NCBI GenBank assembly: GCA_964035545.1
Contig: OZ037769.1
Span: 3,887,929 to 3,951,928, forward strand
From: Bugula neritina
Taxonomy: Eukaryota; Animalia; Bryozoa
Length of the DNA: 64,000 nucleotides
Direction of reading: 5' to 3'
Every line of letters begins with the position of its first letter. Within the stretch, counting starts at the first letter, position 1. The notes beneath the pieces were generated by a model. That model had not been told where the DNA came from. It saw nothing but the letters and a program-made list of their open reading frames with translations, and did no database searches. Positions 12,742 to 24,900 of the stretch are shown piece after piece. The translations under genes were made by a program, and so were the position numbers.

Positions 12742-15700
12742 CTAGGTGACTGCCAGACTCTCTTCTATATGACTCTCTTGCTGAACAGTATTTCCATTAT
12801 CTGCTGACGAAGTTGGTAACTGACTGGCAGCGTTTTCATTGTTTGTTGACGCACTCTGTACAGAGAAGAACGTCCTGAGCCAGACTTCAGTTGGCACATT
12901 CTGACACCCCCTATACCAGAGTCTTAGCTCGTTGGCGCTGAAAGGGGGATCCACATTACAGGGTGCTCCAAATATTGTCAATGGTCCTGGCCCTTCATTG
13001 TCGTGCCCTTTGGCTCCGAAATCAGGGGTGGATTTTAGCATTGTATTTTTTATTTGCTACAAAACCAACAGATATTTCTATTAGTCATACAAATGAATAA
13101 TTGGGTGTTGAATAAAAGTAACTAAAAGCATTATATGAAACGAGTTAATAGAAACGCAAACACTGATTCTTTCTTTGTACCTACATTAAAATACAAACAA
13201 GTTTCCCTTTCAAAAATCTTAAGTAGTGTTTAGAGGCCCTTCAAGAATGTAGAGTAGTTTGTATGCTCAAAAACATTTGTTGACACTGTAGTTGAGATAC
13301 CACACAGATGTTTTAGACACCTCCATATCCGGATATACCTTATAGTAGTTTTGCTTACTTGAAAAACATCTTCTGTACAAATGTGTGAATGATCCAATCT
13401 CGTCCAGTAGTCAGTGAACGTGCTCATATATGAATACTCATTCTCTTTGCCAGAAGAGAACGCCAGTACATTTGAATGATCATTGGACTTTCTGCAAAAA
13501 AAAACACATGACAAATTGTTATTTACATGAAGTTCAATTCATTTATATTGAATATAATTTATTTATGCTTATATTAAATGGAATTCGAATTGAAATAAAT
13601 AATCTGGTTTGGACATACCTTACAGCTTTGCTCAGTTCCCCTGAAAAGCTCTGATCAGCGATGATTTGTACACTCCTGGCCTTACAGCTCTTGATGTCGT
13701 CTAAAAGTTCATCTATAGTGTACTGCTCGTCAGCTTCTACCTGCAGAGAAAGAGACAAACAAGTTAATAAAGTATTAATATTCAAGTGAAAGGCTAAAGT
13801 AAACACTGATGTGACAGAGTGGTTACTAATGTCTTTGCTGATGACTAATTTGTAGAGTTGCACTTGAAATATTTTCTCAAGTAATTGAGTACCTGGTCCC
13901 CTACAGACTTGAAGAGTCTATATTCTTCTTATTTGTATGTTGAAAAGATTATATATTATGTTTATTCTCTTCTCCTATACAACTAGAACAAAAACCCTGC
14001 CATTGCACCTAATTTGAACAGCACGCAAGCAGCTTGTAATTACTTTCAGTCACTTCAAGCACACTTACAGTGGAATAAGCAAATGAATTTATTCAATAAC
14101 TCAGCTGGAGAATCTATTCCGAGCTTCTAACCTCCTAAAGCAGACCATATTTTAGCTGCTGACAGATTTGCAGCAACTAAAAACTTATTTTTATCTGACT
14201 TATTTTGGAATTCATCTCCGTTAACCTTAGCCGTCTAATAATTTATGGAGAAATGATATGTTCAACAATAATAAATTGTCTTTTGAATAGTCAATATGCC
14301 AAAAGATTGTTCAATCAATTGTTATCAGGAGTCATTAGAGATGAACATGAAAGGCCGCTAGTACATTGTTCAACACTTGGGGCTCTACTTGAACCTTTGA
14401 AATACTAAACTTGTCTGTTTTCTTTAACATCAACGAGGATGATATTGTTTTTATTTGGTGCACTGGAGACCAGATGTTCACATATAGATAGCAAGACCTA
14501 AAGTCTCAACGGCTGAATTCTACACATAAATACAGGTGTGATTATTGCCTACAAAAGCTACAAAGACACCGACATTATCAAGTATTACCAAGATCTACAC
14601 TAATAAAAGCCAACATGGAGGAGCATAGAGCTTTGATTTAACTTACACCAGCAAACAGCTGGCCTAACCTTTGAGGGGATTCCAATGAGCCTTCTAAATC
14701 ACTTACAAAACTTCAAAATACACCATTACGAGCACTGCCAAATCCACTTCATTTGGCAAAGAATCAAATTATATTTGCTTGAGATCAGAGTTGTTAGGAT
14801 TAATTTAAGGGAAGGGGCTTAAGAACCCTCCCTCAAAGTGTTGCGACATAATTTCTGGACATGCATCTAATGCTTATTTCGCACACCACTTCAATGAAAT
14901 GCTGTTGACAGTTTTGGAAGACAGTTCAGCGTACCTTTCCATTCTTGTTAACATCCCAGAGTAACATGGTGCCATCAGTTCTTGATGGACTGTTGAGGTA
15001 AAGCACCAGTGTGTCCACGCAATGAGGTCTACCACACAGCTTCCGTATGTGAAATCTCATTGATGTCTTCATTGCTGCCGGGAATATTTCAGTGTTCACA
15101 CTTTCAGCACCAGTCTCTTCTGAAATGAAAGTTGTTACTTTACTTTACAGTTCATGCAGAGGCCATTCAAGTTACACATTTTATTAAGTGCTGTCCTTCT
15201 TGGATTGGGAAGATTAGCAGTATGGAGGGATGAAATTTAGTCCAAGATAATATTATTATAAGATACTTAATCAAAATAGAGTTATGAGAGCAAAGTCTGA
15301 AAACATGCACTGAGAAAGTTGTAAATACCAGTTGGAAGTTGGATTCTAAGACAATAAGCCATTTGCACAACAATTTCAGTTTACTAACACATGGTTTTGT
15401 TGTATGAATAATACTGCAGTGCATTTCTGCCAAGCTCTCCAGATATGAATGAGCCTATTAAAAACACATGCAGTATTGCAACAGCACCTCTCTGTATATA
15501 TTATATCAATAATCAAACTCTTTTGATGTGATGGTAAGCTGTAGAGCCTGGTTAAACCTTCTGCACCTGATTAATTCTAAATGAAATGCAACTTCAAAAA
15601 GCCACATACTGTTCTAGAGTAAACAGGCAAAGTCTCTGCTTATACTGGAGGTTAGAAATATAGTTTATGAACAGCCTTTTGCAGAGAAAGCCTTTTAAAA

Positions 15701-18319
15701 ATCACAATTACTTGGTGCTTTTCAACATCAAAGGTGGATTAAAATAATATTACAAGATACAAATTAGGATAGACCCATTAAAGGATATTAGCACTGTGCG
15801 TTCCCAAGACCTATGGAAATATTTAGTTGGATTTTTGATTGATTTTTGAAACCCTGCAAAAACATGGCAAGAATACTACTCAATTTTGCATGCCAAGCTA
15901 TTTACAGTACGAACCAAAAGGGAGGGGGAAACAGAATGTTTTGTTGACAAAATAAAAGTGTGATTTATGATTAAACAGCTGACATGCATAAAAAGTTATC
16001 AAGTTAACTTAACACTCAATTGGATGTTGAGAGAAAAAATCTCTAATCCAATCCGCATATATGTTATCACACTGGTGCAGATCAAATTAGAAGTTTTTTT
16101 TGCAAAAATATGGCCAATGATCTGATCAAACAGATGGTTTGGAGGAATGTAGAAGCATTTCAAAGAAAACACAAATAGAGGTCTGCTTAGGATAAAGGTT
16201 TGTAGAGGTAAACATCAATGCCACAGATGAGAGCAGGCATTCTATTAGAGGAAGATTGATGAGCCAGACGCTGGCATGGGGTGTAAACAAATAGGAAATT
16301 CAAGCAGCTCAGCTACAGCTTTGAAGTCACATCATAAGCAAAGCCTTTGATATTAAAACATGTGACACATTTATACTTTGGTCTAGAGCTGTGTTGTGGC
16401 CAAGTTGTCACTTTGCAATGGCTAGGTTGTTGTACATTTTGAGTAATAGCATTATCATCAAAAGATGAAAATATCATATTTGTAAAGGGCTGAAACTTTT
16501 GAGCAATTATTTTGTTCATACACCACATAGGCCTGGAATTATAGAAATTGTTACTGGGAGATGTTAGCACAGCAGCCATTAGTAGGTGGTAAAAGTAGAG
16601 GACACTATATTACCATTACCAGGAATCAAACCTCAGACCTCTAACTTGCAAGCCAGTGTGTTACCCGTTACCCTATAGGAGCTACTTGGAATTACAACAC
16701 CACAGTAAACCTAATAAAAGGCGAATTAATGTAAGTAAAAGCCAACAACATTCACCTTGAATACCTCTGTGCATTCCGTTAGCAAAGAATATCTTTATGG
16801 ATGACTGCTGGAAACCATTTCTTCTTAAGAGTTGGTACATGTTGACGATGTTTTCACTATGCCGGGTTAGACTGGTCTGTCTATTCCAACCTCCTGAGAT
16901 TAGCACTGCCTGGTCACAGCTTTCAAACTGTTCACAGCGAGTGCCCACTGCTTCGTGACTGGTCTCACACCTTCTCGTATTATCTCTGATTGGATTACAA
17001 ACCAGGTTTAGTGTCTCATTTGAGGGCCGTAAAGAAGGGCAGAGAGAAAAGTCTAGAAGGTCTTCACGGCACACAAGGGCCTGCTCGTAACCTTGTGATA
17101 TGCCGTCAACAACCGCTGGCTCTTGGCTTGTTTGCTTATGGACTAGAGGTAAAAAGTTGATCTCACATCTACGAACCATCTTTTTGGCTTGCCTGCTGCT
17201 AGATATTAAGTCAGTATCTGTATTGTACCGCCTGTGCCTTTCTATGGCATTTCTACAGCGGTGTTTCAAAGCCAGCTTCATGCATTCATCATTACCTAAA
17301 AGCAACAACTATATATGAAAGTGTTTTTCTTTGATGGAAACAGGCTGTTTTTGTGGCCGATAAATATTTATGATATACAATGAATAGTTTTTCACACTAC
17401 AGGTGATAACATGATATCATAGCTGAATGAGGATGTTTATAAATAACATTACCTAAAGTGATTTTAGTTTACATTGATTGCCAAAGAGCAATCCAATCCC
17501 TTTGATCTCGGCTCATAACAAGGCCATTAGTGCAAAAACTCTAATTACCATTATAACCTACACCAGGAGTGTAAGTTCAACTGGGTGCTATCATCATTTG
17601 CAGGTACTATAAATTATATACTCCAGTATTGATATGTGCAAAGTTCTTATCTCCTACGGCCCTTTGATGTATGAAATTTACACCCTGGTTAGATTGGTAA
17701 TTAGTATTATTATGATATAAATAATATATCATTATTTATTTACTGATAAACATTATCTCTTAACTCTATTTACTGATGGTTAGATTTACTGTATTAGACA
17801 TAGGGTAGAAACATTTCACATACCTATATATGTTCCTTTGGTTCTTTCACAATCTGCTTGACTGTCAACTTTATCAATAAAAAATACAATAACCAAGTGT
17901 CCAAAGTTTGCATCTGGGTGGGGATCCAACGCAACCACCCCATGATGTGCACCTGCTCGTGATAAACCACTGTCAGGTAACATTGCTACAAACTCTCCAT
18001 CGATAGAGTCTTCTTCCTGTGCGATATATACAACGACATTTCTTTTCCGCACATTCAGCATGTGATTGCATTCACGAGGTGATGTAAAATACACCTCGGT
18101 ACAGTTTAGTGACTTTATATAAGTAAAGGCGCTGTCAGCCCAGCGCAGTCGAGTCAGATATTCTGGAGAATCAGCGGATGGTGCAGAAGTTGTGGCAGCG
18201 GATAATAAAGTTTCATTTAGAGATTCAGTCGAAGAGTTAAGTAGAAATCCGTACACTGTTTTATATAAGAGTAAAAAGTTTATATACATATACATCCTAG
18301 CAGTTCCACGGGGAGCCAT
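12742..18319 (-). CDS. Uncharacterised secreted ~596-aa protein: Cys-rich N-terminus plus legumain/peptidase C13-like (clan CD) domain, predicted catalytically inactive
   Basis: Six exons (18319-17824, 17295-16756, 15119-14935, 13740-13619, 13491-13359, 13056-12742) join in frame via GT-AG to 1791 nt. The N-terminus is signal-peptide-like. AVLISGGWNRQTSLTRHSENIVNMYQLLRRNGFQQSSIKIFFANG parallels the legumain N-terminal block; DTLVLYLNSP and VQIIADQSFSG occupy the His and Cys strand positions. Confidence 0.8.
16612..16685 (-). mobile_element. Degenerate tRNA-like SINE head fragment
   Basis: Reverse complement reads TAGGGTAACGGGTAACACACTGGCTTGCAAGTTAGAGGTCTGAGGTTTGATTCCTGG, with A/B-box-like spacing. 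Confidence 0.4.
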
Positions 18320-21300
18320 TTAGCTTCAACAATCAACCTTTTACGTGAAGCAGTTCTCGCGTTTCTGAAAGCTTTCCTGTAGTTCCATGAAATATATTGT
18401 TAACACTTGAGCATAAATTATCAGTTCAAAGTTAGTCCATCTAATAATTTCAGGTCAAACTTATAATATTAGACAAATCAAAAGAAACGCTTATAACCAC
18501 TGGAGGTAGAAAGAGGATAGAGTAAATCTGAAAGCATGCTTAGGTGGTTAATATTTACTGGAATGTGAGATTTGATTGGCTAATAGTTGTGCAGAAAGCT
18601 AGTGTTTTGATGCTAGACAATGTGATTGGTGGAAGGCACACGTCTCTTATCAAATACCACAATCTAACAATTAGGTATAAAAATATACCCAAGTGCATGT
18701 GAAAAGCTTGCCTCCACCTGGCCAGGCCCGCGATTGGGTCAAATAATTCATACCTGCTAGAGATGAAACACAAGTTCTCTGCAATAATTAGACTAAGGAG
18801 AGCATGTAATATTAGGTTTCCATTATTGAAGTTTTTGCTTTTAAAAATCTAAGATATAAAACTTTTTCAACTTAAGTAAAGGATGATCGTTCAGGCGATA
18901 TATTTCAAACTGAAAATTGAAGAACATTAATAATGCATTTTTTCAAATTATAAGACTATTGTTTTAATTTCATAGAGCAGACCGCTGTTGCTAATGTTAC
19001 TCCTACAGCTTGACAATTTAAATGACATAATGATTTTGATTTGTTGTTGAATGGAAAGCTGCATTAGCTGACTGCCAAGCTATGCTCCTTTGAACTTGCA
19101 AAGATAAAAGTGACACGCCTATAGAGCTAGTTAGAGATGCAAGGGTGCCGACAATACAATTTCATAGGTAATTTCCATTTCTCGGCTTCAATGTGGTTCA
19201 AATAACATTGTGCTGCTTATCAAAAACAAAGGAATTAATACAATTGTATAATATATCCATAGAGGTATACAGGCTTAGAGGGCCACACTCAAAGCTGGCT
19301 CAACACAATCCTATCCTGTTTTCCATGCGCATATGGGTACTGCAAAACATTGACCCAGATGGCAGATCAAAGGGTATTGCAACTGCTTATTCCAAAACAA
19401 GTACATATGACAATCTACCTGCCCTTTGATGTATCAGTTTAGAAAACTGTTTGTATAAATTATTCATGCACAATGCCGGTGATATAAGACATTGACTGTT
19501 TTTACTTCTAGCATTTTGATACTTGACAAGTACTATTCAATATCGCAACTTTTAATCTCGGAAGAATATAAACAAAATCGTATGCTAATCCAACTGACCA
19601 GTGAATTCTCATGAAGGAAACACAAAGCCGTATCTTATTTAGTGAAAAGCCGTCTTTCTTCAAAGTCTAAATAGCTTAAAACAAAAGGTTTGTTTAATGC
19701 AACACTGAGTATGTCTGCCAGTACAAGATACAAGTTTTCATTTTTGTGCATAAGATGTCTTTCAAAATGTATCGTATGCCTATGTAGTCTGATGTGTCTT
19801 GTCTTGTAAAGAAACTTGGTCCACAAACTAAACTCTGTTACTATGTGCTATAGTCAAAACAAAAACATCAACCTCTGATCCTGCTTAAATAGACAAGTAA
19901 AAATCTTTTATTTTCTTATTTCTAGTTAAAAGACAAACTCCTTCTAAAAAGCAGGCAGCTGTATCCAAGAAAATCATAATGTTTTTACAAGAAATGACAC
20001 AAATTTTGAAAAAGAATTGATCCAGACCTTATAAGTACATAGTTTTTACTGCTTTCAATTACCCATCAAAGAGATCAATTTAAATTTTATGGGGGAATGA
20101 TGTCTCAGATCTTATATTTGCTGAAATGCTACACGCAATAGCTAATTATTGTGTTATGAGCATGGAAATTCTCCCTAATTGCAGTTAAAATCATCGCCAA
20201 CACTCATCAAATTCCATAATCTTCATTTCCACTAATTGGTTTTGAATCTATCCTAGGATTAATGAGCTATATTTAAGTTTTATGGGTAACCTGGATGTTA
20301 ATGGAAATATAGCCACAAATCTAGGTTCGGTTGAGACCAAAGAGAATTGGAAAACCTGGCTAAAATTATCCTCATGCATTATGACACTCGAATTCATCTT
20401 GTAACAAAATAGGATTTCTATCAAATTAACAAAAAGGCCACTTGAAATACCGTAGTTCAAAGGTAGATTATAAGAAGTATTGACAGATGACAATAGAATG
20501 GTAAACAGATGAGAAGTTTTCTGCGTCTACCATCACTGCAGACTAGAGTGGGGAACTGCTTACTTGAATGTAGCCACTTAGAGCACATTGTATAAACATA
20601 ACATCAAACAGAGAGACTGTATCTGAAGTATGCCAAAGCTAGCACACCTTCTTTTGATGTGCAAAGTCAACTAGCTCATTCCAAACTTCATCTCATTGTA
20701 AATATTCCTGAGTATCAACTAAGAATTGCTGTTGTTGGCAAGATTTCCAAACACTAATGAAAACATCAATCAGTTGCATTATCATAATGTAAAACATTTC
20801 AAATTATTATTAATCTCACTTGAACAAGTTTTCATTGGAAAGAAATGATTAATGAGTATCAAAGATGCTATACTATGCACCTGTCCAGAGGAATAATATA
20901 TTAGTTTTATTTACTAATCATTCCTACTATGCACTATAATATGTTTTGAACTATCAGGGAAGCTATACTTAGTAAATTATAATTAGCAAACTGTGATAAA
21001 GCATATTGCGGGATATTTTTAGCTGTTACGCATCATTATTGAGAAAACTTGAGGAGCTTGGAGCAACTTTGTTTTATTGCTTTCTTGTGAATTATAATTT
21101 TTCAGACGCGCATATCAATAACTTGTGAATTGAGAATTGTCCTTTCTTATTGCAAGGCGATATTTCGATGACTGGAGTGAATCAGATATCATGTAAAATA
21201 ATATATTAAAGGTCAATACTCAATCAGTATTACGTATCGAGACACCAAAACCCAAATTTTCTATGCAATTGAATGACTGGAAATTTGATACAATCAGATA

Positions 21301-21927
21301 TGAGTAAATACTGTAACATAACTAGCAGTAGATAGACAACATAGTATGTACAATTACGTATGTAATTACGTGAGTGGTGTAATTTTTCAGCATCCGCTTA
21401 GAAAAACCTCTAACTAGCAATAATTATACAACTGCCAAATTTAGCAGCGACTATCTAATGTATATAAATAGCAACAAGGAATTGAAATTACTCTGAAACT
21501 ATGTAATACTAAACTTTTGTATTTGATATATTACATTCCACACAACTAATATAAATCTTGAATGTATTATTCATATAACATAAACACAGTAAATAAAAGC
21601 TGCTAGGGCAACAATGTGAAATATTTCAGTTTAAATTTAGGTAGAATATTACAGTAGCAAATTCTTTACTCTGTATAAAAAGTAAAACATAAATATTTTC
21701 ATCATAAAATTGGGTGCATTTTAAGATATAAAATGGCGGTTTCACTAGCATTATTATGACAGAAGATTTCTAGAATCTAACTAAGTTTGTAGTTACCCTT
21801 GACTTTTCAGTATCCGTCAATAATTTCACATCATCTAACTCCTTCAACCTGTGAATGGATTTCAATAGATCATAGTGGCTGGCTGGCGAGGTCATATCTT
21901 GTCGCATGTTTACTATTCAGCACCAAT

Positions 21928-24900
21928 TCAGGAGTTTAAGGAGAAAGACAACTCCATATTTCCATCCTCTAAATGAAATGCGGCTTTATAGGAAACTGTG
22001 GACTTGTTTGCAGTTACAGCTTGTGAAAGTCTTGGTAGAAACACCGCTACAAACATAAAATAAAACCTCTAAAGTTGCCTTTATACCTTCACGATTTTCG
22101 GTCAGAATTTCAATTTGGCCGAGTTGACAGTTTGACAGTTGACAAGCTGAGTTTCAGTTTGACTATAAAGGGGTACCCGGACAAGCATTATTAACTTAAA
22201 CTCGGTATTTTTTTCAGCAGAGGTATAAACGCAACTTAAAACATCACTACTGCAAACTTTTAAACATTTATTGCATAAGTATTTGCATGCAATTTGTGAT
22301 CAGAATCTCAAACTAAAGGATTTTATTTTATTTCATCACACGGTATGATGTCTTGGTTTATTAAAACAGAACTTTCTGACTAACCAGAAACAAAAATACC
22401 ACTCAGAGAACTTAAAAAAGTCTACACTTGTGTATAGAAACACCTGATAGTTGTTTGTACCCAAAGCACAACATAAACTTAGTCCAAGAACTCAAAATGA
22501 CAAGCATTTCAAACTGTGAAATCAACTTTTTCCCTACAGTTTTTGCGCATTACCAGTAAAACATTTATTATACAAAAATTCAACTAAATTGCAAGTTGCC
22601 CTCTTTAACACATACATAAAATCCACCAACATGAATGGAGAAGAGAACAACACAAGGAAACCAATCTCTTAGCATTTTATACAGACCTTGTTTTCTTTCC
22701 ATATTCCACTTGGGGTAAGATCCAGGGCTAACATCTCCCAACACACCAAAGGAAACCTGGTTACTCTTGTCCAAATTATATACCATCCATATTGCTATAC
22801 CATTATACTCCCCATCTCTAAACAGAGTGCTAACTATATAATGTAAATGGCATTGAAGAACAAAATATATACATATAATATGACTTATAGCTTCCTTTCC
22901 CAAAATCCAACAGCATTTGTAAACTGAGACAGATGAAACACTTCAACTCTGCATATTATTATTTTAAATTGTATTTTCAACATGGAGGTTGTCAAAAGTA
23001 TTACTAATAATTACAAAGATTGCTAACAATCTAGCAGTTTTCACAACTAACACCATTGAAATAGTTTCTATTCTATGTAAATGGCTCAACTTCTTTCATC
23101 TCCAATTGAAATTTGGTGACGAAGCTTTAACATAACAAAATCGGTTTGAAGCATGTTGATAGGTTCGTGGAATTTATTCGCCTGATATGTTTGTGATGTA
23201 TCCAACAAAATAAAAAACAAGTAAGAAGCTGGAATGTGTGGCATTTAGACTATTCAAAAAGTAGCACACGGCAGTAAGAATTGTGACCAAATGCTTATTT
23301 TGAAAGCTTCTATGACTCTTATGGAAAGACAAAACAAGCGCCAGCTTTACCAGCCATGAGAGGGCAAGTGTTGCAAGCAATCTTTTATCTTGGGTTTAGA
23401 TCAAACTGAAATATAATCAGATGGTTCACTCTTCATTGCAAAAATACTTCAGCATTCCTTGCCAAAAATATTAATAGCTTGAAGTTAACAGGTATTTGCT
23501 AAATTATTAGTAATAGCATCCAATGTTGCTTATTTATTCATATATAACTCCCCTAACCCGTAGTTTTCAAGAAACTCTACCTGAGTATATCAAAGCTTCC
23601 CTCACTTGACATTTGAACCCCTTCAATATCAGCTAGAGATGTGGCTAGGTCAAAGGTTAGTAGCCGAAACGGTAGACTGAGTGTTTTGCAAGGATATTCC
23701 CATAGAGATTGGGGCTCTACAGAATCGTCCGATGTTAACCGAGCATTCTACAGCACAGAACACAGGCTATATTAGCATTATAAGTCACTAAATCAAGACA
23801 CGAAGAAGAAAAACTGAATCGCAACCACTGACCTCTATCATTTCGTCATACACATTGAGGTCTAGACCTTCAACTACGCCCACCGGTTGACGGATTTTAT
23901 GAAGGTCATCAAACTGGACAGCCATAGCCATGAGGTGGGCGGTGCCGGGATAAACCTGAACATTGTGAGTCAGAGTGGATCGAATGTACCAAAATCTGAG
24001 GTCATCCCAAGGTAAGGAGGTTAAGGAGAAATATGGTTCACCAACCAACATAGTAATCTGTAAAACACGATTCGTTTTAGATGTTATTTAAACATTCTAC
24101 AAGCTATGAAATTAAACAGTAAGAAAGTAACATTTATTTTGTCTTTTTTCATAAGCCTAGAGAGCGAATTGCTTGAAAAATAACAAGATAGACAACTACC
24201 AAATTAAAATGGAACCTTAGCCTTACGCAGTTGATAACATTATTGATTAAATACTTCCACTTATAAAATCAAATGTTGCATACATTTATTTCAGTTAGTA
24301 GTTAGATCAATCATGATTTGAGGGAATGAAACTACAAAAAAAGAGAAATATGCACTATGAATATCAGTGATGCCGACCCAGACAAACGCTGCCTGTCTAG
24401 GTGTACCTGCTCCATCACAGATGCGGGGATGTCTTCGTATGAGCTGTAGATATGAATGACGTCTGCTAACTCATTATAGTCTATGATAGATTGAGAAATT
24501 CTTCTTGAACCAATGAATCCCGACTCCACCACATATATCTGTCGAAAGGTGAAACAAAACTCACTTAAAATTTAATTATAATGAACGCCTCCTTAGCCAT
24601 TTGTATAATTTTGTAGAAGTTATTTTTTTGAAGTAGTAGGTATGTAACTAGAAAGTTATTAAAATTGATGAAAAACATATCATATAAAATGATAACTTTG
24701 AATTATAAAATTATTAAACGCCTTTTGTCATTTGTATAAAATAAACATAATTCTGCAGAAAGACAGGTAACTAAAAAGTAATCAAAAATTAGTGAAAACA
24801 TATAAAATGAGAGTGTACTTTCTTAGCCCCAAGCCTGGCCAGCAGGTAAGGAAGGAAAGATGAACTCTCACTGGCACACAGAGCTGTGGTGTTCCCATCC

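Noticed and set aside
19600-19830. Minus-strand fragment HFERHLMHKNE..EERRL, reminiscent of transposon-associated proteins
   Set aside because: Too short and interrupted; needs TBLASTX/HMM support.
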